A stretch of DNA of 64,000 nucleotides from Eledone cirrhosa (taxonomy: Eukaryota). Shown in pieces: positions 1 to 12,409 of this stretch; the stretch's first letter is position 1, and each line of letters starts with the position of its first letter. A model generated the notes under the pieces. It saw nothing but the letters and a program-made list of their open reading frames with translations. It did no database searches and was not told the DNA's origin. The translations under genes were made by a program, and so were the position numbers. The stretch is taken from assembly GCA_964016885.1 (NCBI GenBank), contig OZ024740.1, positions 16,988,001-17,052,000 of the forward strand, written 5' to 3'.

Positions 1-54
1 GCGGATTTCCTCCACAATTTCTCCTTGACTGTGGACGTCTGAGGCCAACGTCTG

Positions 55-2077
55 GTGGATGATATCACCGGTTTCTCAATTCGTGGCCGAAAAGCCAATA
101 CTCCAACGATCACCCCAATATTCTTCATCGCTGCCGCTGGAGACGCCTACCATTCATTGTTAGGATCGTTCCCAGAGCTCACTGATGGAAATTTTCGAGT
201 TACTGAGCCAACTCACTCAACCGAACATTTTATTTCCACAACCAGTGTTCCAGTATTTTCACGTCCACGTCGTTTACTGGCGGACAAGTTAAAGGCAGCA
301 CGGTCCGAATTCGACCATATGCTGCAGCTGGGCATTACTCGCCCATCTACGAGTCCTTGGGCTTCACCGTTACATATGGTGCCCAAGACTTCTGGCGACT
401 GGAGACCCTCTGAGGATTATAGGAGTTTAAACGCGATGACCGCTCCGGATAGATATCCGATTCCCCATCTCCAGGATTTCGCACCTTCGTTGCAGGGTTG
501 TAAGATTTTCTCCAAACTCAATTTAGTGCCAGCCTACCACCAAATTCCGGTCAGGAAAGAAGACATTCCGAAAATAGCTATTACGACTCCGTTCGGATCC
601 TTCCAGTTTTTTACCATGCCTTTCGGCCTCAGGAATGCCGCTAGCACTTTTCAGCAGTTCATAGACGAGGTCACTCGTGGTCTGGACTTCGTTTATGCAA
701 ATATAGATGATCTTCTCGTCGCTAGTTCCTCTCCAGAAGAGCATATGCGTCACCTGAACCTTTTATTTCGCCGACTCCAGGATTACCGCGTTCGGGAGAA
801 TCCTGCAAAGTGTGTTTTCGGATCCGCTTCACTGAATTTTTTAGGTCACATCATCGACGCCGAGGGTATTCGATCCCTTCCGCAGCGAGTTAAGGCTATA
901 CAGAATTTACCTCCGCCTACTACATTTCACCAGTTGCGTCACTTCCTAGGCCTAATCAATTTTTATAGACGTTTCGTTGCTCAATGTGCAAAATTACTGT
1001 TTTCCCTTACCGAGATTTTGAAAAATCGTCGTAAAAAGAATGAGGATATTTCCTTGACAGAAGGACAACTCGAAGATTTCCAGACTGCCAAGACAGCACT
1101 TGCTAATTCATCTTTGCTAGCCCATCCAGTACCAGAGGCCAAGCTTTCGCTTTGTGTTGATGCATCTGATACCGCTGTGGGAGCAGTTTTCCAAAAGTAT
1201 AACGCTGGAAACCAACAACCTTTGGCATTTTTCTCCAGGAAGCTGAAACCAGCAGAAACTCGTTACAGCACGTTTGGTCGGGAGTTATTACCAATATATC
1301 TGCGTTGAAACATTTTTCCATGCTCTGGTATCAGGGTGGATTGCCCGCTATGGCGTGCCAACCACAATTACCACAGACCGTGGTAGGCAATTTGAATATC
1401 ATCTTTTCTCAGAGCTGACAAAAATTATTGGCGCTCAACGTATTCAGACCACATCTTATCATCCTGCTTCAAACAGAATGGTGGAACGTTTTCACCGCCA
1501 ATTAAAGGCCGCTCTTTGCGCCTATCCAGACACTCTACGTTGGAGCGAGTACCTTCCTATTGTGTTATTAGGAATTAGGTCATCTTTAAAGGAGGGCCTT
1601 GGGCTCTCCCCGGCCGATTTATTGTATGGTGTTCCTCTAGCATTGCCTGGGCAAATGCTTGCCCCTGTTGATCTTGCTTTTCAAGATCCTCTTTCATATG
1701 TATCTCGTTTGCGCTCCGATTTTCAGGACTTACCGCCTATGGATACTAGGAAACAAACTATTAAAACTGCAGTCCTGAGGGATATTGCCTCGTGGACACA
1801 TGTCTTTGTCAGAAACGACGCGGTTAGTCCACCTCTCACACAACCGTACTCTGGACCCTACCGTGTGTTAGCACGTACTGACAAACATTTCACAGTAGAC
1901 ATTAAGGGATCCAGAGAGACAATTTCGGTGGATAGACTAAAAAGAGCATACATTGACGCTCATACAACTGAGCCACAAATACCCCAATCTTTCTCTATTG
2001 TGCATACACCTGCTCCTTCTGCCCCACCTTCACCTACATACAAGACCAAAAATCTCTGTCAGACATTTTTTATATGA
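55..2077 (+). pseudogene. pol: Gypsy pol (RT, truncated RNase H, truncated integrase); deletion junction near 1300
   Basis: The RNase H C-terminus and the integrase HHCC domain are missing, and the frame changes at about 1274-1308. Confidence 0.88.
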
Positions 2078-2239
2078 ACTGGCCACTATGGAGCCTTTTC
2101 TTTTTTCTTTTTCTTTGTATTATGTATGCATGTACCTTTTTATATTTTGTTATCGTTTCATACCTTTGCTTGGATCCCATTCTTGCGGGTTCGCTACAAT
2201 TACCTGCGGGCTTTTCGCCTATCGTCTGGAGGAGGGTAT

Positions 2240-2692
2240 TGTAGTGACCTCTAGCGGTGAAATCCAGAACTCATGAGAGTTACGTCCCTTGGGGACTGTA
2301 GTGACCCCTAGTGTCAACCACAGGAGGTAATTGGAGTTACGTCCCCATGGGGATTATATATTGAGATAGCGAGAGCGCTCTAGCTCTCTTTTGCCCGCAG
2401 CAGCCCTGGAGAACGGAGGCGACTTCGCCTTCTCCAATTCAGCCTTCACCCACAACACGTGGAGTGAAAATACCATCCTACTCCAGTGAACATGTTAAGA
2501 GCAACTCTTTTTACTACCAACAGCCTCATGAACCAACTACACAAATAACATCGTCAACCTTCACAACTCGTGGTAATATGTTTATTGTCCTTTTTTGACT
2601 TCAATGAAGTAAACCTTTGTATATAAACCAAAAAGCCATTCTTGTTATTTCAACCACAACTATTAGCTGTACTAATACCATTTTTCTAAACA
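2240..2692 (+). repeat. 3' LTR of the Gypsy element
   Basis: Starts TGTAGTG just after the PPT, contains an internal ~57-bp tandem duplication (2240-2352), and ends ...CTAAACA before (TA)n. The right end is inferred because no second LTR is in the window. Confidence 0.7.
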
Positions 2693-2695
2693 TAC

Positions 2696-2768
<73 letters not shown>

Positions 2769-2856
2769 CTTTTTTTTTAGATTCAGAAGATCCCGTATGG
2801 GTGAAAGCAGCGATTCTTTGCTTAAACTTTAATCTGTTATTTTAATATATATATAT

Positions 2857-3220
2857 ATAAGAGAGTATTGAAGTTTGCTTGAAGCATTGTGGAATAATAA
2901 GGTAAATTTCTTTAAGTCGTTTGGAAGCCTTGACAATGCAAATGGGTAAATCTCCGGGTAACAAGATCCGGTGGTGGAGTGAGAGATGTAAGTGGGTGTG
3001 CGTTGAGATGCGTTGCGTGTATAAGACGTGTAGAGGAATGAAGGAAAGAGCATAAAGGATAAAATTAAAATAACAACACGAGAGAGAGTTACCTTGGGAG
3101 AGATTTAATTGTCCCTATATATTTCGGATTCACATCCATCAACTGGGGTTTTTCCGGGGTGGGGGAAAGGTTGTCTGTCGGAAAGGTGCGAAACGCGTCC
3201 TCCGCTGTTCGTTGTTTTGA
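2857..3220 (-). mobile_element. Solo Penelope-like pLTR fragment with HHR-like motif
   Basis: Near-copy of 63425-63772, which abuts a PLE RT. It contains GACGCGTTTCG and an HHR-like fold at 3113-3148. Confidence 0.7.
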
Positions 3221-3224
3221 AGAT

Positions 3225-3780
3225 ATTCAGTATACACTGAATCTCCTGCGTCTCCAACAGACCAGTGTCTGTCCTTAGGGCATCAACATACGTTAACCTT
3301 GGTCTTCCTCTTCCAGTGTGTCCATGTAGGGGCTCCCACAGGAGCACTGAGTGCAATGTCAAATCTGGATGTCGGTGAGCATGTCCAGGTAACCTCAGTT
3401 TCCTCTGTGTTATTTTTTAGCTGACTCTTAGGAGGCTCCCATACAGCTCTGAGTTTTTCATCTTCAGTGTATACTGATTAATGTTCAGAGCCATCTTCAG
3501 CATTCTCGTGTAGCACCCATCCACCATCTGAGTGAGTTTCTTGGTCAGTGTCCAAGTCTCAGACCCGTACAGCAGCACAGACTCCACTACAGCAATGAAG
3601 AGGCGGACCTTCAGGTCTTCACGAAGGTCCGACTTCCACACCGATCTCAAGCTGTGGCACGCCGCCCAGGCTTTGCTCTTCCTCTCAACCACATCATCTT
3701 CCGTAATCCCAATCTTTGCTCCCAAATACAGGAAGTCCTCAACTAATTCTAGCGGCTTCCCGCCTACATTAGTGATCCCC
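3225..3780 (-). mobile_element. RTE-clade LINE 3' fragment
   Basis: Translation shows VESVLLYGSETWTLT, DGCYTRMLKMAL and GRGRPRLTYVD, typical of the RTE RT thumb/C-terminal region. Confidence 0.85.
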
Positions 3781-3828
3781 TCTGGCCTCTCAACATATGT
3801 ATATATATTCTCTATATTATCTGGTAGA

Positions 3829-3900
<72 letters not shown>

Positions 3901-3904
<4 letters not shown>

Positions 3905-4961
3905 TATAAAGTAAAGCATGTCCATAGAATTATTTGCTAATATATATACATCACTTCTTCTCCCAATTCGCATAATTAACCACACAAAAAATCAATTAGA
4001 CCAGGCTATAAGATTAAAAGGCACCTATAAAGAAACAGTAAATAAATATACGATAGCAGCGTCTTCGCGGCCAACCGCTATACAATATCTACCCTACATT
4101 TCAACAGCACGTGGAAATTAATTAAATATACGGTCAACCATACACAATTAGGTATAAAATTAAAGTTAGAAATGTTTATATACATAACAGGATTAAATCA
4201 CTAAATCCCGATCCATGGGTTTCGTTCTCATTTTGAGATATCCTATTAAGGATAAATCTCGAGTTTCGAACTCTTCAGGGGACAAACTCGCTAGGACAGA
4301 TTTTTTTTTCTGAAGTGGCCCCCGCCAAACAGGAATTCAAAATGGCTGAGAACTGTGACGTGGCAGTGGTCAAGTCAGAAAGAATGTGATTGATTGCTTA
4401 CGGCGAGTGGGTTGGTTGCTAGAAAGCGCAGCCCAATATCGCCCAAATTGTGTCTCAACCTTACAGGAAATTATTAAATATAAATATTTACAGATACACC
4501 AATTAAACAAAGTCACAGATATATATGTGTTTTGGCAACCATTCACGATGTGGCTCAATGAAGAATTAATAAATTAAATAATCAGAGCAAAATACTATAA
4601 AGTAAAGCATGTCTATAGAATTATTTGATAATATATATATACATAATTTCTTCTCCCAATTAGCATAATTAACCATGCAAAAAATCAATTAGACCAGGCT
4701 ATAAGATTAAAGGGCACCTATGAAGAAACAGTAAATAAATATACGATAGCAGCGTCTTCGCGGCCAACCGCTATACAATATCTACCCAACATTTCAACAG
4801 CACGTCGAAATTAATTAAATATACGGTCAACCATACACAATTAGGTATTTGCTCTGATTATTTAATTTATTAATTCTTCATTGAGCCACATCGTGAATGG
4901 TTGCCAAAACACATATATATCTGTGACTTTGTTTAATTGGTGTATGTGTAAATATTTATAT
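3901..4961 (-). mobile_element. Non-autonomous HHR-bearing pLTR/retrozyme-like element (partial tandem plus 5' inversion)
   Basis: Direct repeat 3901-4155 / 4592-4848 (period ~690). 4848-4961 is the inverse of ~4477-4591. An HHR lies at 4206-4282, and (TA)n flanks both sides. Confidence 0.7.
4206..4282 (-). ncRNA. Type I hammerhead ribozyme with long stem II
   Basis: Minus strand reads TCCC-CTGAAGA-GTTC..(long hairpin)..GAAC-GAAA-CCCATGGA-TC-GGGA. Stems I and II pair; stem III has one mismatch. Confidence 0.75.
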
Positions 4962-5080
4962 TATATAATTATATATATATATATATATATATATGAATGT
5001 ATATATAGTGTATTTTGCAATACACTGTATGCTTAATTAAAAGCATTTCGAAGACCTTACGCTATTGTTTTAGAGTAGTG

Positions 5081-5535
5081 ACAGTCTCACTTACTTTAAT
5101 TTTCAGCAAACAGGGGGAGATAAAGCTGACAGAGCTCTGTTTCGCACTTTTTGATGCTTATCAAAGCTAAGTACTCCGCCTCTTTGCTGAAAAATCATGA
5201 ATGTTTGATTCTTATAGAATTATAGTAATAATCAGGAACTGATTATACAGAGCGGTTGCCGGTCAAGCAGAAATTTAAAATTAGAATTGGTGCTCTGAAA
5301 TAGCGATATATATATATGAATGTATATATAGTATATATATAGTATATATATATGTATATGTATATATAGCTCTGTATAATTAGTTCCTGATTATTACTAC
5401 AATTCTATAAGAATCAAACATTCATGATTTTCAGCAAAGAGGCGGAGTACTTAGCTTTGATAAGCATCAAAAAGTGCGAAACAGGGCTCTGTCAGCTTTA
5501 TCTCCCCTGTTTGCTGAAAATTAAAGTGAGACTGT
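5081..5535. repeat. Fold-back element, arms ~5081-5253 / 5369-5535, each with an HHR
   Basis: The arms are reverse complements around a TA-rich spacer. Confidence 0.9.
5453..5497 (+). ncRNA. Type I hammerhead ribozyme, U3-A8 core variant (mirror copy 5124-5168, minus strand)
   Basis: AGCT-TTGATAA-GCA(tcaaaaag)TGC-GAAA-CAG(ggct)CTG-TC-AGCT, with a GUC site. Stem I is extended by TTTCAGCAAA/TTTGCTGAAA. Confidence 0.78.
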
Positions 5536-5643
5536 TGTTCTCGGTATGACGTGAACTAACTGTTGTGTTACTACTTCTACCAAACTCGTCCCATGGACTG
5601 AGTGCTCTACCACTACGGATATTACCTTCCAGTGTTCTACCAC

Positions 5644-5688
<45 letters not shown>

Positions 5689-5691
<3 letters not shown>

Positions 5692-8600
5692 GAAAACTTT
5701 TTCGAACTGTGTAGACAAACCTAATTTAAAGATGATTAGGGTCCCTACGGACACCTATAAGTCTTTAAAGGAAAATTTTCCTCAGGACGTGGGTAATCCA
5801 TTAACCGCGTCCTTTTAAAAAGTTTCCCCACCCTCACCCCAGACACCCCCACCCCATCAGGCACCCCGTACCCACCAAACATCTCCGTCCCCACCCCACC
5901 GGAAACCACCACCCACCCAGACAACCCCTCTAACACCCCCATGGAAATCGTGCGGCCTGATCCCCGAGAAACGAAGAGGTCAGTGTTTTATTCTCTTCTT
6001 TTAACTTTTCTGCACCAACATGGCCAATATAAGTGTTGGATGTGTGAATGTACGCGGCCTGAGGATGCCCTGGAAACAGGGCAAACTCTTAAACGACCTC
6101 AGGTCGCACAGTACGGATGTAGTAGCCATTTGCGAGTCCAGGATTCACAGCGAGCGACAGCTGGCCCCCATCTTCGATGACTTTGAGATCTACGCATCTC
6201 TCTGTCAGCCGGGGGTGGGGAGTGAGGGCGGGATTGCCGTTTTGCTGCGGAAACACCTGGGCCTCGTAACACAGACGGTACATCTGGACCCGGAGGGTCG
6301 ACTGGTGGTCCTAGACGTTGACGGTAGTGAAGGTGGAGCCTTCAGGCTGGTGGCTGCATATGCCCCATCCGGGACACCGCGGCCAGACTTCTTCAAACGT
6401 CTAGAGACTTTTCTGGGAACGTCCCGCTCCTTGCCTTTAGTGGGGGACTGGAATGGAATCCTAAATGCACGTTGGGACTATGTGGGAGCATGTCCCGATA
6501 AAGGGGATGTAACAGCCTCAAACAGTTAATCGGCCGATTTGATCTGGCCGATAGATATCGACTAGATTTTCCGACTGTGCCACTGTGGACGTGAACTAAC
6601 CTCAGCGAAACATCTAGATCGTACCTAGATAGGGTTCTAGTTAGAAATAAGGATAGGGACATGTTAAGCTATCCACAAATGTTCATGGTTACCTATTCAG
6701 ATCACAAACTAGTGACCTGCATGGTCAACCTTGATAGAACCCATAGACAAGGACCCGGCTACTGGAAGCTGAACTTGTCGTTACCGACATGCAAAGCCAA
6801 CAGTAGACGGATTAGCACTTTAGTTAAACAGTACTTGACAGGGGCCTTTGTCAGCAACAGATGATGGTACTCTCTCAAGAGGGCAGTTAGATTAGACTCG
6901 TTAGTTTTTAGTAAAGAATTGGCAATAGATAGAAATAGGACCGAGAAGGAACTGGTAGATAAAGTAGAAGAGGCAATTAGAAGTGGCAACGTAGCCAGCG
7001 TGCTAGCAACGAGAACGGCCTTGGACCAGTTCTTCGACGCAAAGCACGAGGGCTGCGTTGTCAGAAGCAAAATACGTGCTCTGGGAAACGAGGGAGCCAA
7101 AGCTGTTAGCTGGGCCCGAATGACAGAGGTAAAAAGTGGAAACAAGTCCACGATTCGGTCTTTGAAGGACTAAGACGGACGCATGATACGTGAGCCGAAG
7201 CAGATGTGTGCGGCCTTTCAGCGGCACTTTGCTCAGTTGTTCGGGCAGGGCGGCGCACCGGGGGGGGCTATGGATTTCGGTCCATACCTCGACAGTCTAC
7301 CGCAACTCTCGGACAGCGAGGCGAAGTTCTGCGAAAAGCCGATTTCAGCCGCTGAGATAGGGGACGCGCTGAGCCAATGCGGCAAACGCAAATCTCCAGG
7401 TCTCGACGGTCTACCCTACGAATTTTACGTAGCAATGCCGGACTTATTCTCCGGTCTCCTGGAAGCGGTCTACTGCAACTGGCAGCAGAACGGGAGAATT
7501 CCCAGTTCTGTGACCAGGGGCGTAGTCACACTAGTCAGGAAGGACGAGAATAAGGGGGATGACATAGGCAACTTCCGGCCCATAACTCTGCTAAACACAG
7601 AGTTACAGATTTTGGCCAAGGTGCTTGTCGTCGAGAACCTGGTGGGAGAAGCGAAGGCATGCGCAATCCCGACCAGGTCCATACAGGACAACCTCCACCT
7701 CATGCGATACATCATAGAGAGGGTATGGTGTAGACCCGGCTTCGGTGGGGCCCTAATCAACTTGGATCAGTCTAAGGCTTTCGATAGGTTTGACCACCGT
7801 TACTTGGATGCGGTGTTCGAGGTGGCAGGCTTCGGACTCGTGTTCTGGGGCTAGATTGCTGCAATGCACAACAGCAACATCTGCTCAAGGGTCAAGGTGA
7901 ACGGTTATCTCTCGGAGCCGTTCCATATCATGCGATCCATTCGACAGGGATGCCCTCTCTCCTCCCTTCTGTACGTATTGACTCTCGAGCCACTACTGCG
8001 GAAGTTGGAACTATTGCAAGGCATCCCTCTGGAATCGGGACTGCGGAAAGCGGTGTCGGCCTACGTCGACGACGTGACATTAATGGTGTTGAGCACCTCG
8101 CAAATCGAGGAGGTCGGCACCTTACTGAAGGAATACGAAAGGTTCACAGGAGCGAAGCTGAACCGGGACAAGTCCATCGGTTTGCAACTCGGATCGTGGA
8201 GAGGCAGACCGATGCCTTCCGATGGCGTCGTAGAACGCTGGACGGAAGGACCGGTAAAGCTGCTCGGGGTCTGGTTTGGTCCGGACCTCCAGGTGGAGAA
8301 GAACTGGAACGAGGTGACGGCCAAGGTCTTTGCACTCACCCAGAAGTGGGCCGAGTGAAAACTATCCTTGAAAGGTCGGGCGGAGGTGGCGAACACTTTT
8401 ATAGCGTCCGCCATCTACTACCGCTTGACCGTCGTGCCTTGTCCAGCCAAAACGCTCACCAAAATGGAGCGCGCCCTCTTCCGATTCCTTTGGAAGAGGC
8501 GGGCTCCTTTGGCGAGAAGATCCATCTGCTGCCAACGCCCTTCCAACGGAGGGCTGGGGATGCCGTGGCTGACGATGCGCACACACGCGCTCAAGCTGCG

Positions 8601-9680
8601 GCATCACTACGTATTCCTTACCGGACAACCGGTATGGGCCCCGTTCGTGAGGTGAGCCTTCCCACGACTCGTCTCGCTGCCCCAGCTGCAGTCCTGGGTC
8701 AAGCAAAGACCGAGGAAAATGGGCGACTGGCACATCGAATGTGCTCAGGGTCTCACAGCCCTCTGGCAGGCGGACCCGGCAAACAGTGGAGACTCCACTT
8801 CGTCATTCTATAGAGGGTTGATCTGCAGCAAGTGCGACGACGCGCTCGGTGAAACTCTGGGCGTAGAGGAAGACGAACTGGCCAGCCTGTTCAGTAGGAC
8901 CTTCCGCCCGGGACCGATGGACAACTTCCAAAGGTCCCTGGCCTAGCAATGCTACCGAGGAGCTCTACCAGTTCGAGACAAGCTCTACAGACATGGGCGC
9001 CCGGGCAGGGACCCTTTAAAAAAGATCTGTCCGAGGTGCGTGCGAGACGAAGAAACCGTCGCGCACGCATTCATACACTGCCCGGGGGTTACCGACCTGT
9101 GGGGCTATGTAGAACGACTATTGTCGCGGGTGGGACCAATCCGGTTGACCACCGAGTCCATTGTCATGATCAAACCGCCACCCTCCTTTAAAAACGAAGG
9201 AGAGGCGGTTTTCCTTTGTAATAGCTATGGCGAAAGAGGTTGTATGGTGGACAAGGTTGAAAGGGCTGAGGTCAGACACCTTTCTCTCCGACCAACAACT
9301 GATTCTCTTTTTCAAATACCACTTTGGAAGAAGAATCAGGATGGAGAGGGAGGTGCTGTACCCCAACAAGTTTTATGAAAGGTGGGTGAAATTGGCGAGA
9401 ATGGCCTGAGTGAATGGGCCTTCTCTCTATATCAACCTGTAGGTTGAGGAAAAAGCGGAAGAGAGGAAAGGGGTACTCACTCTTCGTACTCCTGGAGATG
9501 AGGGTTGTACATTTTTTCAGGGGTATGTGTTACCCATATGAAATGTCTCCTCCTATTGGGGAAAATCGATTAACTTTTAAATTGTATTTGTGATAATATT
9601 TTACACGTCTTTATTGTATGTAAACTTCCCCCTTTGTATTTGTCCCCTTCTTTTGTGCCTCTGTAGCTAATAAAGAAACA
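5689..9680 (+). mobile_element. Tx1-clade LINE, 5'-truncated (ORF1 tail plus disrupted ORF2)
   Basis: APE endonuclease (NVRGL, GDWN, SDH), RT (KSPGLDG, FRPITLLN, QGCPLS, YVDD) and a C-terminal CCHC. Ends AATAAAGAAAC followed by (TA)n. Confidence 0.93.
6020..9442 (+). pseudogene. Tx1 ORF2 (endonuclease-RT-zinc finger), multiple stops and frameshifts
   Basis: Fragments 6020-6529, 6661-6864, 6919-7173, 7183-7854, 7864-8358, 8368-8655, 8719-8946 and 9040-9409 are collinear. Confidence 0.9.
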
Positions 9681-9705
9681 TATATATATATAATTATAAT
9701 TATAA

Positions 9706-9844
9706 GGCCAGTTAAAACAACGGTGCCATACCAGGTACGTACGTTTCATTAGCCCTGAAGACCAACTTGTTCAACCTGTGCCAATAAAAATGAACTGGAT
9801 TAACGTAACGTACCTGGTATGGTGCCGTTGTAGTAACTGGCCTT
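9706..9844. repeat. Small fold-back element
   Basis: AAGGCCAGTTA..CCATACCAGGTACGT is inverted at ~9808-9844. Confidence 0.75.
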
Positions 9845-9913
9845 AACAATTATATTTAAACTACAGACTTGAGTTTCTCTATACCTTGGATAGTTTTACC
9901 TACCTATTATAAC

Positions 9914-9947
<34 letters not shown>

Positions 9948-10008
9948 AGAAAATGAAGTGGGTTTTTTTTAAATGAAAAAAAAACGAGATGTCCTCCAGG
10001 AGTGAAAG

Positions 10009-10280
10009 TATAAGGAAAAAGATGAATTCGAAAATGCAACTGGAATCTTTTTAAGAATATTTATTTGTTTCCTTTACCGGTTTCACAGTCCTCATGCTTT
10101 TCAAATGTAGAATTGAGATGGAGGGTTTGTGGTTTTTATCGCCTTTCTCGGATGCGAGAAAAACCACAAACCCTCCATCTCAATTCTACTTTTGAAAAGC
10201 ATGAGGACTGTTAAACCGGTAAAGGAAACAAATAAATATTCTTTAAAAGATTCCAGTTGCATTTTCGAATTCATCTTTTT

Positions 10281-10286
<6 letters not shown>
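10009..10286. repeat. Near-perfect palindrome (~135-bp arms) carrying U3-A8 HHR-like motifs at 10072-10107 (-) and 10189-10224 (+)
   Basis: The consensus of the two arms is CTT-TTGAAAA-GCA(tgaggac)TGT-GAAA-CCGG-TA-AAG. Each arm has one different defect. Confidence 0.75.
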
Positions 10287-10324
<38 letters not shown>

Positions 10325-10360
10325 AAAAAAGATGAATTATACATAAATATATATATATAT

Positions 10361-10874
10361 ATTGTTATACTTTGGGAGGGTCATGTTGCCAATAAGAAAC
10401 ACACGCACCAGTTGCTTTCACTTCAATTTATTATAAATTAAATTTATAAATTTAGGAATTTATAAATTTCCGGTTGGTTGGTTGGTTGGTTGGTTCCACA
10501 ACCAGACGATTGTTCATAAAGTTCTTTCGTCACACATTCTGTGACCTCTTCAGTGATGGGGAAAAACAAGATGGCGTAGGACAGAACAAAGGAGAGACAC
10601 AAAAACAAAGAAAAGAATCCCCAGTCACTGAAGAGGTCACAGAATGTGTGACGAAAGAACTTTGACAATATATGAACAATCCTCTGGTTGTGGAACCAAC
10701 CAACCAACCGGAAATTTATAAATATCTAAATTTATAAATTTAATTTATAATAAATTGAAGTGAAAGCAACTGGTGCGTGTGTTTCTTATTGGCAACATGA
10801 CCCTCCCAAAGTATAACAATATCGGTTTCAACACACGTTTTCAGATAAAGAATCTTGCTAAACAAATTCAGAAA

Positions 10875-10880
<6 letters not shown>
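10361..10880 (+). mobile_element. Non-autonomous PLE pLTR with inverted 5' copy
   Basis: Arms ~10361-10556 / 10625-10820. The terminus ATGACCCTCCCAAAGTATAACAATAT.. is shared with the PLE at 58600-60333, and another copy lies at 40762-41020. Confidence 0.8.
10624..10666 (+). ncRNA. Type I hammerhead ribozyme, minimal stem III
   Basis: GTCA-CTGAAGA-g-GTCACA(gaatg)TGTGAC-GAAA-GAAC-TT-TGAC. Confidence 0.72.
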
Positions 10881-10913
<33 letters not shown>

Positions 10914-10923
10914 AAAAAAGATG

Positions 10924-10971
<48 letters not shown>

Positions 10972-11180
10972 CACTATTAACGAAGATCGCTGGTATAAAT
11001 AAAATACAGCCTTCTTCGGCAGCGTCTAACTCACTCAAAAAATCTAGTGAGTTGCAGTTATGCAGCTGCAATCGCTGTTCACAGTGGTTCACATTTAGTT
11101 TTATTGGCGAGTGTAGGCTGTGTTTTTGCTAAAATTCCTGAACGATCGTTTCTGTGCAATATTTCCTTACAAATGCAGAT

Positions 11181-11253
<73 letters not shown>

Positions 11254-12409
11254 CTAGCTGGCCCATCCGGCTGGCACCCGGCTAGGTTTACCGGTATTTT
11301 ATCTTTTCAGGAATCCCCCTACACTCGAGTGCAAAGATACCGCACGCTCTCTGAAGTCAGCGAGGAGGGGAGGGGTTAACGTGCTCTGATGTTGGGTTTG
11401 GATAGTTTTTAGAATTCCCCAGTTCAGCAGCTACTACGTTAAAGAAAATTGATAGTTACAACAATAAAGGCTGAACAGAGAACACATTTTTTAACAAACA
11501 ATAATTTGTACAACCATAATGGAAATTCCAAGTAACAGAAAATATTTAAATTACATTGTTAGAGCCTCAGACTATACAATATATTTTGTTCCGCCCTCCG
11601 GAGCAAAGATGAAGAGATTGTTTGGCGAGCTAACCCTAGAGCATCTTACATACAATTGACCATGGGATAATCACTGATTTCGTAGCTCGACTCGCGGAGA
11701 AGCTCTGTAGACGTTGACCTCTGGACACTCCTGTCAGGAGCAGGTAAGCTGTAGTGACTTAGAGGCCTACCACCAATCTCCAGGACACTGTTTTCAAGAC
11801 AAATGAGCGCATTGTCATCGTGTAACATACCACGCATCTGGCAAGCCAAACGGTAAGTGGAACATTGATGGTTCTCAGATCTTGGAAAGACTGTGGTCCT
11901 CTAACCTCGAACAGTAACAATGACGATAAACCGTCTGTGCTTTCGTGAAATAAATAGGTTTTTGTTTTTGTGTATGCAAAAATATCTGTACACGAATATA
12001 TATATTAAAATAACATTAAAGTTTAAGCAAAGAATCGCTGCTTTCACCCTTAATAGGGTCTTCTGAAACTAAAAAAATCCGTTTGTGAACGCAGAAGTAA
12101 ATATTTCAAAAAACGTTATCTAATGCAGACAGCCAGACATACAGACTAAGAAAAAGAGGGGAATGTTGTGCGACGTGATAGGAAAAAGTGAGGAATGACG
12201 TATAACCGGAAATGTTGACATTTGAAATTTTAAAGAAGTGAATATTTAAATAATGTCTTTAATCTTTTAACAAAATTCAGTAGACGAAAATACCCTCACT
12301 TTTTTACTTGGAAAAAGTTAAATCTATGGTGCAAATTTGGTGCTGTTTGGTCCAGTCGTTTGGCGGAAAGTTTGTTACCTACATACGGCCGTCAGCTTTA
12401 TAGTATAGA
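11254..12409 (-). mobile_element. Non-autonomous, internally deleted Helitron
   Basis: 5' A|TCTATACTATAAAG at 12409, and a GC-rich subterminal hairpin plus CTAG|T at 11254. RepHel remnants are NALICLENSVL..LP.P.R..RE and HGQLYVRCSRV (Pif1 C-terminal motif) at ~11550-11850. Confidence 0.87.

Larger units (their letters stand above)
1..2692 (+). mobile_element. Gypsy LTR retrotransposon (CsRn1/kabuki-like), 3' part, internally deleted
   Basis: ORF 55-1308 has RT ([18 protein letters not shown]) and the start of RNase H ([14 protein letters not shown]). ORF 1274-2077 has the integrase core (TTDRGRQF, YHPASNRMVERFHR) and a GPY motif. The PPT GGAGGAGGG at 2228-2236 is followed by a TG..CA LTR. 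Confidence 0.92.

Noticed and set aside
7950-8813. Long alternate-frame and antisense ORFs over Tx1 and LTR pol regions
   Set aside because: These are shadows of GC-rich coding sequence. Recurrence between copies follows from homology, and they have no recognisable domains.
9706-9844. Possible HHR (CTGAAGA at ~9754; GAAACGTACGTA on the minus strand)
   Set aside because: Stem I does not pair and GAAA is missing on the plus strand, so it is kept only as a fold-back repeat.
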